A program made the position numbers and the translations under genes. Positions 27,471 to 36,120 of a stretch of DNA of 64,000 nt are shown piece after piece. The notes under the pieces are model-generated. The model made no database searches, was not told the DNA's origin, and saw nothing but the letters and a program-made list of their open reading frames with translations. Source of the DNA: an uncultured Acidimicrobiales bacterium (lineage in GTDB: Bacteria; Actinomycetota; Acidimicrobiia; Acidimicrobiales; SHLQ01); assembly GCA_938023735.1 (NCBI GenBank), contig CALJDK010000016.1:7145-71144 (forward strand), read 5' to 3'. The first letter of the stretch is position 1. Each line of letters begins with the position of its first letter.

Positions 27471-28604
27471 TTGACGAACGCTCACCGCGTAGTTTTTGTG
27501 CTCGCAGTTGCGTTGCTGTTGGTGCTGGCTTTCCTCGTGCTGGGAACAGGAGGCCAACCGTCGGGGCCTGATACCGGCGATCTGGAGGTCACCCTGCCCT
27601 CTAGTACAACGAGTCAAAAACCCCCGACTACGACGACCACCACCTCGACCACCACGACCACAGTGTTCGGCGGACCATTTGGCCAGCAGTTGCTGGACGC
27701 CCCGATCGTCGGTTTGCCGGAAACAGGCTTCGGGCAAACCGAGGACGATATTACTGCCGTTCTCGATGTCCAGTTTCCGGGACTGAGAGACTACGCCTCG
27801 AACCATGAGGACCTCGAGATCGTGACCAGCGACGAGCCTGCATATCTCCGGTATCGCTCAGACGTCGGTAACAACTCGCGCACGCAGTTCCAGGTTCCGA
27901 TCGAAGACCAGACCGAGTCCTATCTAGTGTATCGCTTCATGCTGGAACCGGGATTCGATGCGGGCGATGGCGACGGCTCGGACGGTTCGCCGTCTTGGGG
28001 GACCGGCGTGAAGTTGCCCGGTCTCATGCGGGGCGATGCGGCGGATAACACTGGCGGTAACCATACCGCCGGCGGGTTTTCCGGCCGGCTGATGATTCGT
28101 GGAACTCGCAAGTCGGATGGGCGATCGGGTCTGCCTCGCGAGGGAATCACCCTCTCGTCCTACATCTATGCGCAGTCGATAGATGGCCTAGACGTAGCAT
28201 CGGGATTCGGGCGAGATTACTACTTTCTGAACGGGTTCTCTCAGCAGCCATTCGAAGGCATCCGAAGTGGCCTGTCGGAAGGCGTGGGAGATGAGCGGAT
28301 TTGGGACCTACCCGTTGGGAAATGGATCACCGTGGTTCTCGGCTACCGAGTCGACGGCGAGAACGGTTGGTTTAAGGCATGGACCGCCGTCGACGGCGTA
28401 GACCGTTCGCCCGCCGAGCGACTCTTCGTACCATCGATCGACTGGTCGGGTGGCACCGATGGCGCGGACTCGCTGCTGTTTCAAGTCTTTTGGGGCGGTT
28501 CGGGGCCGGTATGGTACCCCGACTCACTTTCCTACGTGCGATTCAAAGACTTCGGTGTCTTCACCGATGAACGCGATGCGCTGCATGCGGCTAGGACGGG
28601 CTAA
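27471..28604 (+). CDS. PL14-like putative polysaccharide lyase, paralog of 21993..23531
   Basis: Same architecture as the paralog: TM anchor VVFVLAVALLLVLAFLVL, a poly-Thr linker, then a collinear domain (YLRYRSDVGNNSRTQFQVPI, VKLPGLMRGD..GGNHTAGGFSGRLMIRG, FWGGSGPVWYPD..YVRFKDFGVF). The track ORF starts at 27321 and overlaps the acyltransferase by 95 nt. The in-frame TTG at 27471 after GGAGG is my guess, so the start is uncertain. Confidence 0.5.
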   Translation: MTNAHRVVFVLAVALLLVLAFLVLGTGGQPSGPDTGDLEVTLPSSTTSQKPPTTTTTTSTTTTTVFGGPFGQQLLDAPIVGLPETGFGQTEDDITAVLDVQFPGLRDYASNHEDLEIVTSDEPAYLRYRSDVGNNSRTQFQVPIEDQTESYLVYRFMLEPGFDAGDGDGSDGSPSWGTGVKLPGLMRGDAADNTGGNHTAGGFSGRLMIRGTRKSDGRSGLPREGITLSSYIYAQSIDGLDVASGFGRDYYFLNGFSQQPFEGIRSGLSEGVGDERIWDLPVGKWITVVLGYRVDGENGWFKAWTAVDGVDRSPAERLFVPSIDWSGGTDGADSLLFQVFWGGSGPVWYPDSLSYVRFKDFGVFTDERDALHAARTG

Positions 28605-28771
28605 AAGGAAAGAATCCGGACGAAGTCGCCGCCCGTTTACTTGGAAAGAATACGTCCAGACGGCCCTGTTGCCGGGCGCCTAGCGCAGTGTACGATTGGA
28701 GACAATGGAATCTCCAGCGTCGGACCATCTCGGCCCCGTACTGGTCGGTGGACAGAGGTGCAACCGTGGTG

Positions 28772-30415
28772 ATGTATAGCGGATCGTTCGAGACGGTCGA
28801 GACCCCGGGTCTTCAAGATTATCTCAAGGCTGTCCAGGCGAGAAAGCTTCTCGTCATCCTGTTCTTGCTCGCTGGGCTTGGGCTCGCGTACCTCTTTACA
28901 ACCAATCGAACAGCCACGTATTCGGCCAGCACCCGCGTCCTCGTCAACCCAAGTCCGGCACGATCAGGCACCACCGGCAACTCGAGGCCCAACCTCGAGA
29001 CCGAACGCGAGATTCTGACATCGGAACCTATTGCCCGGGTTGTTGCCCAAGAAGTACCCGATGCGCCTTCGCCACGAGACATTCTCGCCGGACTTGATGT
29101 GAGCTTCCGGACGGGCAGCGAGGTCTTGTCCCTCACGTATACCTACAACGACCCAACTGTCACGGCCGAAGTTGTTAACGGCTTCGCTCGGACCTACACC
29201 CAAGATCGAATCGATGCGACGGCGGAGGTCTACACGGCGGAACGAGCGGCACTTGCGTCGTCAGCCGACGGAATCGGCGAACAGATCTCCGCTGTCGATG
29301 CTGCATTGGTCGATGTCAACGATTCGCTGGGCGAACTCACACCAGAGGACACCGTTGGTGCCGACGTGCTTCGCGCCGAACGCACGACGCTCTCCAGTCA
29401 GCGCAACCAACTCACGGCCGACTTGATTACGGTTCAGAAATCTCTCCGCGCGCTCACACAAACTGAAGACGGCGCTAGCTTGGCGGCCGAGGTTCTGCAA
29501 CTTGCCGACCCGCCGTCCGCCCCAGAGGGATTTCCCGACCGGCTCCTCTGGATCGTCGGCGGCATGCTCGGTGTCACCTTAGGAGTAATTGCGGCGTTTG
29601 TCGCAGACCGACTCGATACAACGGCGCGTGAGGAATCTGACGTCGAGCTAGCGCTCGGTAGTTCGGTGCTCGGCTCGGTGCCGCCATTCGGAAGATTTGG
29701 CGGAGCGAGCGACGGGCTCGTGATGCTAAGCGACAACACCAGCACCCGAACGCAGAGGGCACAAGAGTCGTTCCGACGTCTCCGAACCTCAATTCAGTTC
29801 GTAGGAAATTCTGACGGAATCCGCAGCTTATTGTTGACGAGTTCGCAGCCAGCCGAAGGAAAGTCCACAGTCTCGGCGAACCTTGCCGTTGCGCTTGCTC
29901 AGGCAGGCCAGACCGTCGTGCTTGTCTCAGCAGACATGCGTCGACCGACCCTCGAGACTATTTTCGGCATTCGCAACGTGACGGGTTTGAGCGATCATCT
30001 TCAGTCTGACTCCCAGAGTTACCCGCCCGTAATCAGCATCGGAGTCGAGAACCTCGCGATCCTGCCCAGCGGCCCGCCGCCACCAAACCCTGGAGAGCTT
30101 TTAGGGCTGCCGCGCTTCAAACAACTCATCGTTCAGCTTGAGGCCACGTATGACTTCGTCATCGTTGATACCCCGCCAGCGTTGTCCGCGGCCGATTCTG
30201 CAGCGGCTGCAATCAGCGTTGGTGGTGTACTTGTGGTTGTCGACTCGAAACGAACCGATACCGAGGCCCTCTTGCGGGTCCGTTCCGACCTTGAACGCTC
30301 AGGGGCTCGGGTAATCGGAGCACTGCTCAACAAGGATCGTTCTCGTTCCACGAAGTTCTGGTCGCGTCGCGATCGCTACGCGTACGAACGAGCAGCTGCC
30401 ACCGCCCGAAAGTGA
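28772..30415 (+). CDS. Polysaccharide co-polymerase (Wzz) fused to a BY-type tyrosine autokinase (copy B)
   Basis: It starts at MYSGSFETVETPGLQDYLKAVQARKLL, parallel to copy A (ETPGLEDYLKAIQARKLL). Motifs: Walker A SSQPAEGKS, VLVSADMRRP, VIVDTPPA, tail RRDRYAYER. Confidence 0.85.
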   Translation: MYSGSFETVETPGLQDYLKAVQARKLLVILFLLAGLGLAYLFTTNRTATYSASTRVLVNPSPARSGTTGNSRPNLETEREILTSEPIARVVAQEVPDAPSPRDILAGLDVSFRTGSEVLSLTYTYNDPTVTAEVVNGFARTYTQDRIDATAEVYTAERAALASSADGIGEQISAVDAALVDVNDSLGELTPEDTVGADVLRAERTTLSSQRNQLTADLITVQKSLRALTQTEDGASLAAEVLQLADPPSAPEGFPDRLLWIVGGMLGVTLGVIAAFVADRLDTTAREESDVELALGSSVLGSVPPFGRFGGASDGLVMLSDNTSTRTQRAQESFRRLRTSIQFVGNSDGIRSLLLTSSQPAEGKSTVSANLAVALAQAGQTVVLVSADMRRPTLETIFGIRNVTGLSDHLQSDSQSYPPVISIGVENLAILPSGPPPPNPGELLGLPRFKQLIVQLEATYDFVIVDTPPALSAADSAAAAISVGGVLVVVDSKRTDTEALLRVRSDLERSGARVIGALLNKDRSRSTKFWSRRDRYAYERAAATARK

Positions 30416-31722
30416 GCCTGAACGTCGCCGTCACCGCGACAGGGCCCAAACAAAGGGCCCAAGCACCGTCGACAATCGAACGTGCTGTATGCGTATCGAT
30501 GCTGTTCCTGTTGTCATTCAATACGCCCAACCGCTGGTTCCTCTCGCGGCGGGAAAGCCTTGACATAGCGATAGAGGCAGCCGCAGATCCGTTCGCTGTG
30601 ATACTGGTCTTGGGGCTTACCGGATTTTTCGCACACAAGCTCGCTGGAAACTGGCAGCCGATGTACTGGGTCGCCATGCAGGATCGACTCTTTCTTGCCT
30701 TCTTTGGGCTTGTCGGGCTGTCGACGCTGTGGTCGGTCGAACCCGTCGCAACGATTCGCGAGACTATTGTGACGCTCTTCGTAGTGTTCTTTGGCCTGTA
30801 CTTGGTTGTGCGTTTTTCTCTGCGGGATGTCCTATTTCTTTCCGGTGTTGCCTTTGGCATCGGTGTCATTGTCGATCTGTTCTTCGTGTTTGCTCTTCCT
30901 GACTATGGCGACACGTTCGCTGGATGGAGCGGAACACAGATCAACAAGAACAGCCTGGGGAGACTTCATGTCCTCACCGCGATCGTCTTTCTTGTTGGCG
31001 CACGTACCTTTCGCCGGTTCCGTGTTATCAACTACTTCCTGGCAGGGCTCTCGGTAGCTCTTGTAATCGGATCGACGTCGTCAACGTCGCTTGTTTCGCT
31101 GTTGCTAGCGCTAACGACCACGGTTGTTGCGCAGATCTTCCGAGCGAGAAAATCGTTGTTCCCGGCTGTTGTGCTGAGCACGATGTTGTCAGCGGTAACC
31201 GCCGTTGGTTTCGCTACCGCGAATCTGGGTGTGCTGACCGAACTGTTCGGCAAAGACGTGACATTCACCGGCCGCACACCGCTTTGGGACTTCACGATTG
31301 CCGAGTCGATGGAAAGGCCTTGGACTGGTTTTGGTTGGAACGCGTTCTGGAACGGCTTCGGGTCGCCTGCTCACGAGGTCTGGGTCGAATTCGCTTGGAC
31401 GCCGCCTCACGCGCATAACGCGTTCATCGATTACGCGCTCCAAGTAGGTTGGCCAGGAGTCATCTTGTTCATGATAATGATTCTGCGAGCGAGTTCGAGA
31501 AGCATTGCCTATGTCCGCGATACACCAGGCCCAACAGGGTTACTCCCTCTCGCCATCATCGTGTTCTCGCTGTTGTTCTCTCTGACCGAATCTGGGGTCG
31601 TCGGCCGAAATGGCTTCTTCCTTCTGGTCACGGTGTCTGTGTATTCCGTGGCGGTCGCGCGGGCTAGGCGGCAAACGGAGATGCGAACCGGCCCGTCATT
31701 GTCGATAAGCGAGAGCATCTAA
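30412..31722 (+). CDS. O-antigen ligase/polymerase-like (Wzy-type) membrane protein (copy B)
   Basis: 436-aa polytopic protein. Its GTG start overlaps the kinase stop (GTGA), the same junction as in copy A. Shared blocks with copy A include TGFGWNAFWNGFGSPAHEVW versus TGFGWEAFWGGWFSPSHEIW. Confidence 0.6.
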   Translation: MSLNVAVTATGPKQRAQAPSTIERAVCVSMLFLLSFNTPNRWFLSRRESLDIAIEAAADPFAVILVLGLTGFFAHKLAGNWQPMYWVAMQDRLFLAFFGLVGLSTLWSVEPVATIRETIVTLFVVFFGLYLVVRFSLRDVLFLSGVAFGIGVIVDLFFVFALPDYGDTFAGWSGTQINKNSLGRLHVLTAIVFLVGARTFRRFRVINYFLAGLSVALVIGSTSSTSLVSLLLALTTTVVAQIFRARKSLFPAVVLSTMLSAVTAVGFATANLGVLTELFGKDVTFTGRTPLWDFTIAESMERPWTGFGWNAFWNGFGSPAHEVWVEFAWTPPHAHNAFIDYALQVGWPGVILFMIMILRASSRSIAYVRDTPGPTGLLPLAIIVFSLLFSLTESGVVGRNGFFLLVTVSVYSVAVARARRQTEMRTGPSLSISESI

Positions 31723-31740
31723 GCGCGTTCGGGCAACTGC

Positions 31741-34479
31741 TTACGCGCTGGCCCGCGGCGACTCCTGGCGCACTGGTTGGTTGTCGGCGCTGGCTGGGTC
31801 GAGAGCCTCGGTGTCGAGGCCGTACTTGGCGATTGCTTCGCTGACCACGCTGGTATCGATAACGCCATCGCCCGCAAGTGCCGACAGGGTAGCTACCACG
31901 ATGTTTGCGGTGTCGACTTCGAAGAACGAACGCAGAGCTGTGCGGGTGTCTGAACGGCCATAGCCATCGGTTCCCAGCGGCACGAATGTGCCTGGCGCCC
32001 ACCGAGAGATCTGATCGGGCACCACCTTCATGAAGTCGGTTACCGCAATGATTGGCCCCGGCATCGACGCCAGCTTCTGCTCGCACGCCGAAACATCGGG
32101 CTCATCGCCTGGGTGCAGACGGTTCCAGCGCTCGGCGGCCAAAGCTTCGGTGCGCAGTGTCTTATACGACGTTGCGCTCCACAGCTCGGCCGATACCCCG
32201 TAGTGCTCGGCCAATTCGGCGGTTGCTTCGCGTGCAGCACCTTGGGCGCTGCCAGAGAACACGATGGTGGCGGGGTGGGCATCGGCTACTTCAGGAGCCT
32301 CGGCAAACCGGTAGAGGCCGCTGTTGATGTCGTCGTCGGTGACCCCGGCCGGACGCTCGGGCATCTCGTAATTCTCGTTGTAGATGGCGACGTAATAGAA
32401 CACATCCTCGGGGTTCTCGCCATACATCCGATGAAGACCGCGGCGCATAATGGCGCCAAGTTCATACGCAAACGCCGGGTCGTAGGCCTCGCAAGCCGGC
32501 ACGGTCGATGCCAACACAAGACTATGACCGTCTTGATGCTGTAAGCCCTCGCCCATAAGCGTCGTACGGCCTGCAGTTGCCCCCATCAGGAAGCCGCGGG
32601 CCCGAGAATCTGACGCCGACCAGATGAGGTCGCCCACCCGCTGGAAACCGAACATCGAATAGAAGGTGTAGAACGGCACCATCGGCACGCCGAGGTTCGC
32701 GTAGCTCGTTCCGGCGGCGATAAAGCTGGCCATCGAGCCCGCTTCGGTGATTCCCTCTTCGAGAATCTGACCATCGGTGTCCTCGGCGTAGGAGAGCAGC
32801 AGCTCGTGGTCGACAGGTTCGTATTTCTGGCCGAACGGGGCGTAAATCTCGAACTCGCGGAACATGGAGTCCATCCCAAACGTTCGAGCCTCGTCGGGCA
32901 CGATGGGCACAGCCCGAGAACCGAAATCATCATCGCGCATGAGTTCGCGCAGCAGGCTGGTGAACACCATCGTCGTGGACACTTCACGCCCGCCCGAACC
33001 GGCGTCGAACGCCTCGAACGGCGCATCGGCAGGCATCGAGAGCGGACGGCGAGCGGTCGTGACCCGGCGCGGCACATACCCATCGAGGGCCCGGCGCCGA
33101 TCCATCATGTAGTTGTACTCGTCGGAACCCTCGGCTGGCCGGTAGTACGGCGGGATGCCATCGGCGATCGCCGACTCGGGAATCTCCTCCTCGAGATGCA
33201 GGCGGGCCCGCAGATCGAGCATCTGTTCGGTGGTCATCTTCTTGATCTGGTGGGTTGAGTTTCGGGCCTCGAAGCCCTCGCCCAACGTCCAGCCCTTGAT
33301 GGTCTTGGCCAGAACCACGGTCGGCGCGCCGGTTGATTCACTTGCCGCCTTGTAGGCCGCATACACCTTGGAATAGTCGTGCCCGCCGCGCGGCAGGTTT
33401 CGAATCTCGTCGTCGGTGAGGTGGTCGACCATGGCCCGCAGGCGTGGATCGGGGCCAAAGAAGTGCTCGCGAACGTATGCGCCCGACTCTACGGCGTAGC
33501 GTTGGTACTCGCCATCGACGGTGCTGTGCATCTTGTTCAGCAACACACCGTCGACATCGCGTGCCAACAGCTCGTCCCACTTAGAGCCCCAGATCACCTT
33601 GATGACATTCCAGCCGGCACCCCGGAATACGCCCTCGAGCTCCTGAATGATCTTGCCGTTCCCTCGAACTGGGCCATCAAGACGCTGAAGGTTGCAGTTG
33701 ACCACCCAGACCAGGTTGTCGAGCCCCGACCGTCCAGCAAGCGAGATAGCGCCGAGGGTTTCGGGCTCGTCCGACTCGCCGTCGCCGATAAAGCACCACA
33801 CCTTCGATTTCGAGGTGTCGTCGATGCGGCGATCGGTCATGTATTTGTTGAACCGAGCGTGGTAGATCGAGTTGATCGGGCCCAAGCCCATCGACACCGT
33901 AGGGAACTCCCAGAAGTCGGGCATGAGGCGCGGGTGCGGGTAACTCGACAGTCCACCGCCACCGATCTCGGTACGGAACCGATCGAGGTTGTCCTCGCTC
34001 AGACGACCCTCGAGGAACGCTCGGGCGTACACGCCTGGGGCGGCATGACCTTGGAAATACACGTGATCGCCGGGGGTACCGTTTTCTTTACCGCGGAAGA
34101 AATGGTTGAAGCCCACCTCGTACAGCGACGCCGACGACGCAAAGGTCGACAGGTGACCGCCAAGGCCATCTGCCTTCTTGTTGGCCCGCACCACCATGGC
34201 GGCAGCGTTCCAGCGGATAAAGGCTCGGATGCGGCGCTCGATATGTTCGTCGCCGGGGAACCACGGTTGATCCTCGGTTGGGATGGTGTTGAGGTAGGGC
34301 GTGCGAACACCAGGGGAGATGCCGACCTGTTGTTCCTGGGCCCGTTCGACCATTCGGGCCATGATGAACCGGGCGCGAACCTTGCCTTTTTCGCCAATCA
34401 GCGCGTCGAGAGAATCGAGCCATTCCTGGGTTTCGTCGGGGTCGATATCGGGCAACTGATGCATGAACTGATCGAGCAT
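31741..34479 (-). CDS. aceE: Pyruvate dehydrogenase E1 component, homodimeric type
   Basis: 912 aa. N-terminus DIDPDETQEWLDSLDALI. ThDP motif region GDGESDEPE...NCNLQRLDGPVRGN. The length is typical of AceE. Confidence 0.9.
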   Translation of the reverse strand: MLDQFMHQLPDIDPDETQEWLDSLDALIGEKGKVRARFIMARMVERAQEQQVGISPGVRTPYLNTIPTEDQPWFPGDEHIERRIRAFIRWNAAAMVVRANKKADGLGGHLSTFASSASLYEVGFNHFFRGKENGTPGDHVYFQGHAAPGVYARAFLEGRLSEDNLDRFRTEIGGGGLSSYPHPRLMPDFWEFPTVSMGLGPINSIYHARFNKYMTDRRIDDTSKSKVWCFIGDGESDEPETLGAISLAGRSGLDNLVWVVNCNLQRLDGPVRGNGKIIQELEGVFRGAGWNVIKVIWGSKWDELLARDVDGVLLNKMHSTVDGEYQRYAVESGAYVREHFFGPDPRLRAMVDHLTDDEIRNLPRGGHDYSKVYAAYKAASESTGAPTVVLAKTIKGWTLGEGFEARNSTHQIKKMTTEQMLDLRARLHLEEEIPESAIADGIPPYYRPAEGSDEYNYMMDRRRALDGYVPRRVTTARRPLSMPADAPFEAFDAGSGGREVSTTMVFTSLLRELMRDDDFGSRAVPIVPDEARTFGMDSMFREFEIYAPFGQKYEPVDHELLLSYAEDTDGQILEEGITEAGSMASFIAAGTSYANLGVPMVPFYTFYSMFGFQRVGDLIWSASDSRARGFLMGATAGRTTLMGEGLQHQDGHSLVLASTVPACEAYDPAFAYELGAIMRRGLHRMYGENPEDVFYYVAIYNENYEMPERPAGVTDDDINSGLYRFAEAPEVADAHPATIVFSGSAQGAAREATAELAEHYGVSAELWSATSYKTLRTEALAAERWNRLHPGDEPDVSACEQKLASMPGPIIAVTDFMKVVPDQISRWAPGTFVPLGTDGYGRSDTRTALRSFFEVDTANIVVATLSALAGDGVIDTSVVSEAIAKYGLDTEALDPASADNQPVRQESPRASA

Positions 34480-34541
34480 GACGACAGTCTTTCAGAAGTT
34501 CCCGGGCTAACGGCGTACTCCCAGGCGTTACCTGCTGGTAA

Positions 34542-35651
34542 GTGACCAATTACCGCAGCGACCGCCTGCGATGTGGCAGAATCCGCCGGGTGACAACCCT
34601 CGTATATACCGACGGCGCATGCTCGGGAAACCCTGGCCCCGGCGGATGGGCCTGGATCGTCCCCGACGGCCCCTTCGGTGCCGGCTTCGCCGAGGACACC
34701 ACCAACCAGCGGATGGAGCTTCAAGCGGTGCTCGAGGCACTAACCGAATTGTCGGGACCGGTCGAAGTTGTGAGCGACTCAACCTATGTCGTCAACTGCT
34801 TCCGCGACGGCTGGTGGAAAGGCTGGCTCAAGCGGGGTTGGAAGAACAGTCAGAAAAAGCCGGTAGCCAACCAGGACCTCTGGGAACCGCTCATCGACCT
34901 TTACCAAGACCGCTCTGCCGAACTCACCTTCACCTGGGTGAAGGGCCACAGCGGGAATCAGTGGAACGACTATGCCGACCGGCTGGCAGTTGAAGCTGGG
35001 TATTTGCAGCAGCCCCGGTCTGGGGATTCCACGCCAACCGAAATCGGAGAACCCGACAAGAACCGTGGTCCATCGAAGGCTTCGGCGGCCGCTGGCTCGC
35101 CCGCTGACGGTACCGTCGTTGCCAAAAAGAACGGCCAAGGCATTCCTGACGGACACCTGGTGGCGGTTCTGGGTCATCAGCCACCAGAAATTGGCGGCTA
35201 CGACGCCAATCCGTTGGCCGACCGTATCCGTACGCGCCTCGTGCAGATCCTGCGGGCTAAGGCCGAGATGGACCCCGACCTCACCGTGCTGAGTGGACTC
35301 CGGCTGGGCGCTGAGCAACTAGGCGCCGAGGCGGCACTTGCCGCCGGCGTGCCGCTGGTTAGCGTGCTGCCATACCCAAATCCGGACAAGAAATGGCCCG
35401 AACTTTCCCGTCGGCGATTCGCCGAGCTAACCGCAAAGTCACGCGAAACCGTCGTGCTCGCCAAGTCCGAACCCGACAGCTCCGCCAAAGCGGGCGCAGC
35501 GATGCGCAAGCGCGATGCTTGGCTCGCCAAGGCTGCCGACGAAGCACTGATTGTTTGGGATGGCTCAGATGCCCGAGTCGGGAAGACCGTTCAGGCTTTT
35601 GAGACCGCGCTGGGCGATGACGTTTGGGTGGTCGACCCGAGCGAGGTTTAG
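34542..35651 (+). CDS. rnhA: Ribonuclease HI fused to a C-terminal YpsA/DUF1273-like SLOG domain
   Basis: N-terminal domain: VYTDGACSGNPGPGGWAW, NQRMELQAVLEAL, VSDSTYV, WVKGHSGNQWNDYADRLA. After a low-complexity linker comes LVAVLGHQPPEIGGYD...VLSGLRLGAEQLGAEAALAAGVPLVSVLPYPNPDKKW...ALIVWDG, collinear with B. subtilis YpsA. The start may be the in-frame GTG at 34590. Confidence 0.8.
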   Translation: MTNYRSDRLRCGRIRRVTTLVYTDGACSGNPGPGGWAWIVPDGPFGAGFAEDTTNQRMELQAVLEALTELSGPVEVVSDSTYVVNCFRDGWWKGWLKRGWKNSQKKPVANQDLWEPLIDLYQDRSAELTFTWVKGHSGNQWNDYADRLAVEAGYLQQPRSGDSTPTEIGEPDKNRGPSKASAAAGSPADGTVVAKKNGQGIPDGHLVAVLGHQPPEIGGYDANPLADRIRTRLVQILRAKAEMDPDLTVLSGLRLGAEQLGAEAALAAGVPLVSVLPYPNPDKKWPELSRRRFAELTAKSRETVVLAKSEPDSSAKAGAAMRKRDAWLAKAADEALIVWDGSDARVGKTVQAFETALGDDVWVVDPSEV

Positions 35652-35664
35652 CCGTCGAGCACTG

Positions 35665-35952
35665 TTATGCCTGAATCTCGACGAGGTTGCCGTAGAAGGC
35701 GACCCGGCCAGCGATTTCTTTCGCGCCTTCGAGCGGATCCGGGTAGAACCAGCCGCAGTTCTCGACGGTTTCACCATCGACGGTAAGGGTCATGTACGAC
35801 GCCTCGCCTTTCCAAGAACACATCGTGTGATGATCGTTGGGGGTGAAGAGTTCGCGGCGAAGCGACTCGCGCGGGAAGTAGAGATTTCCTTCGACTTCGA
35901 CGGTGTCGTCACTATTGGCCACAACCGTGCCGTTGAAAATGATCTTTGCCAT
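35665..35952 (-). CDS. DUF427 domain protein
   Basis: The start is refined to MAKIIFNG, with a strong AAGGAG SD upstream. Motifs VEGNLYFP, CSWKGEASY, GWFYPDP and GRVAFY match the DUF427 pattern. Confidence 0.7.
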   Translation of the reverse strand: MAKIIFNGTVVANSDDTVEVEGNLYFPRESLRRELFTPNDHHTMCSWKGEASYMTLTVDGETVENCGWFYPDPLEGAKEIAGRVAFYGNLVEIQA

Positions 35953-36120
35953 CGAATATCTCCTTGAAATGATGGTTCGTGCCGGTATCGCCCCGAAAAG
36001 ACGTGGCACGTTCTCCCTCAAACGATACGAGGGCAGCTCCTATTCCATCGGCTTCCACCAGCAATTTCCCAGACAAGTGCCACCAAAGACCCAAAGACCC
36101 GCCAAACGAGCACCAAACCG

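Noticed and set aside
31723-31745. Short inverted repeat AGCGCG...CGCGCT between the convergent wzy-B and aceE genes, considered as a terminator.
   Set aside because: It has only a 6-bp stem, a ~18-nt loop and no flanking T/A run. That is too weak to call.
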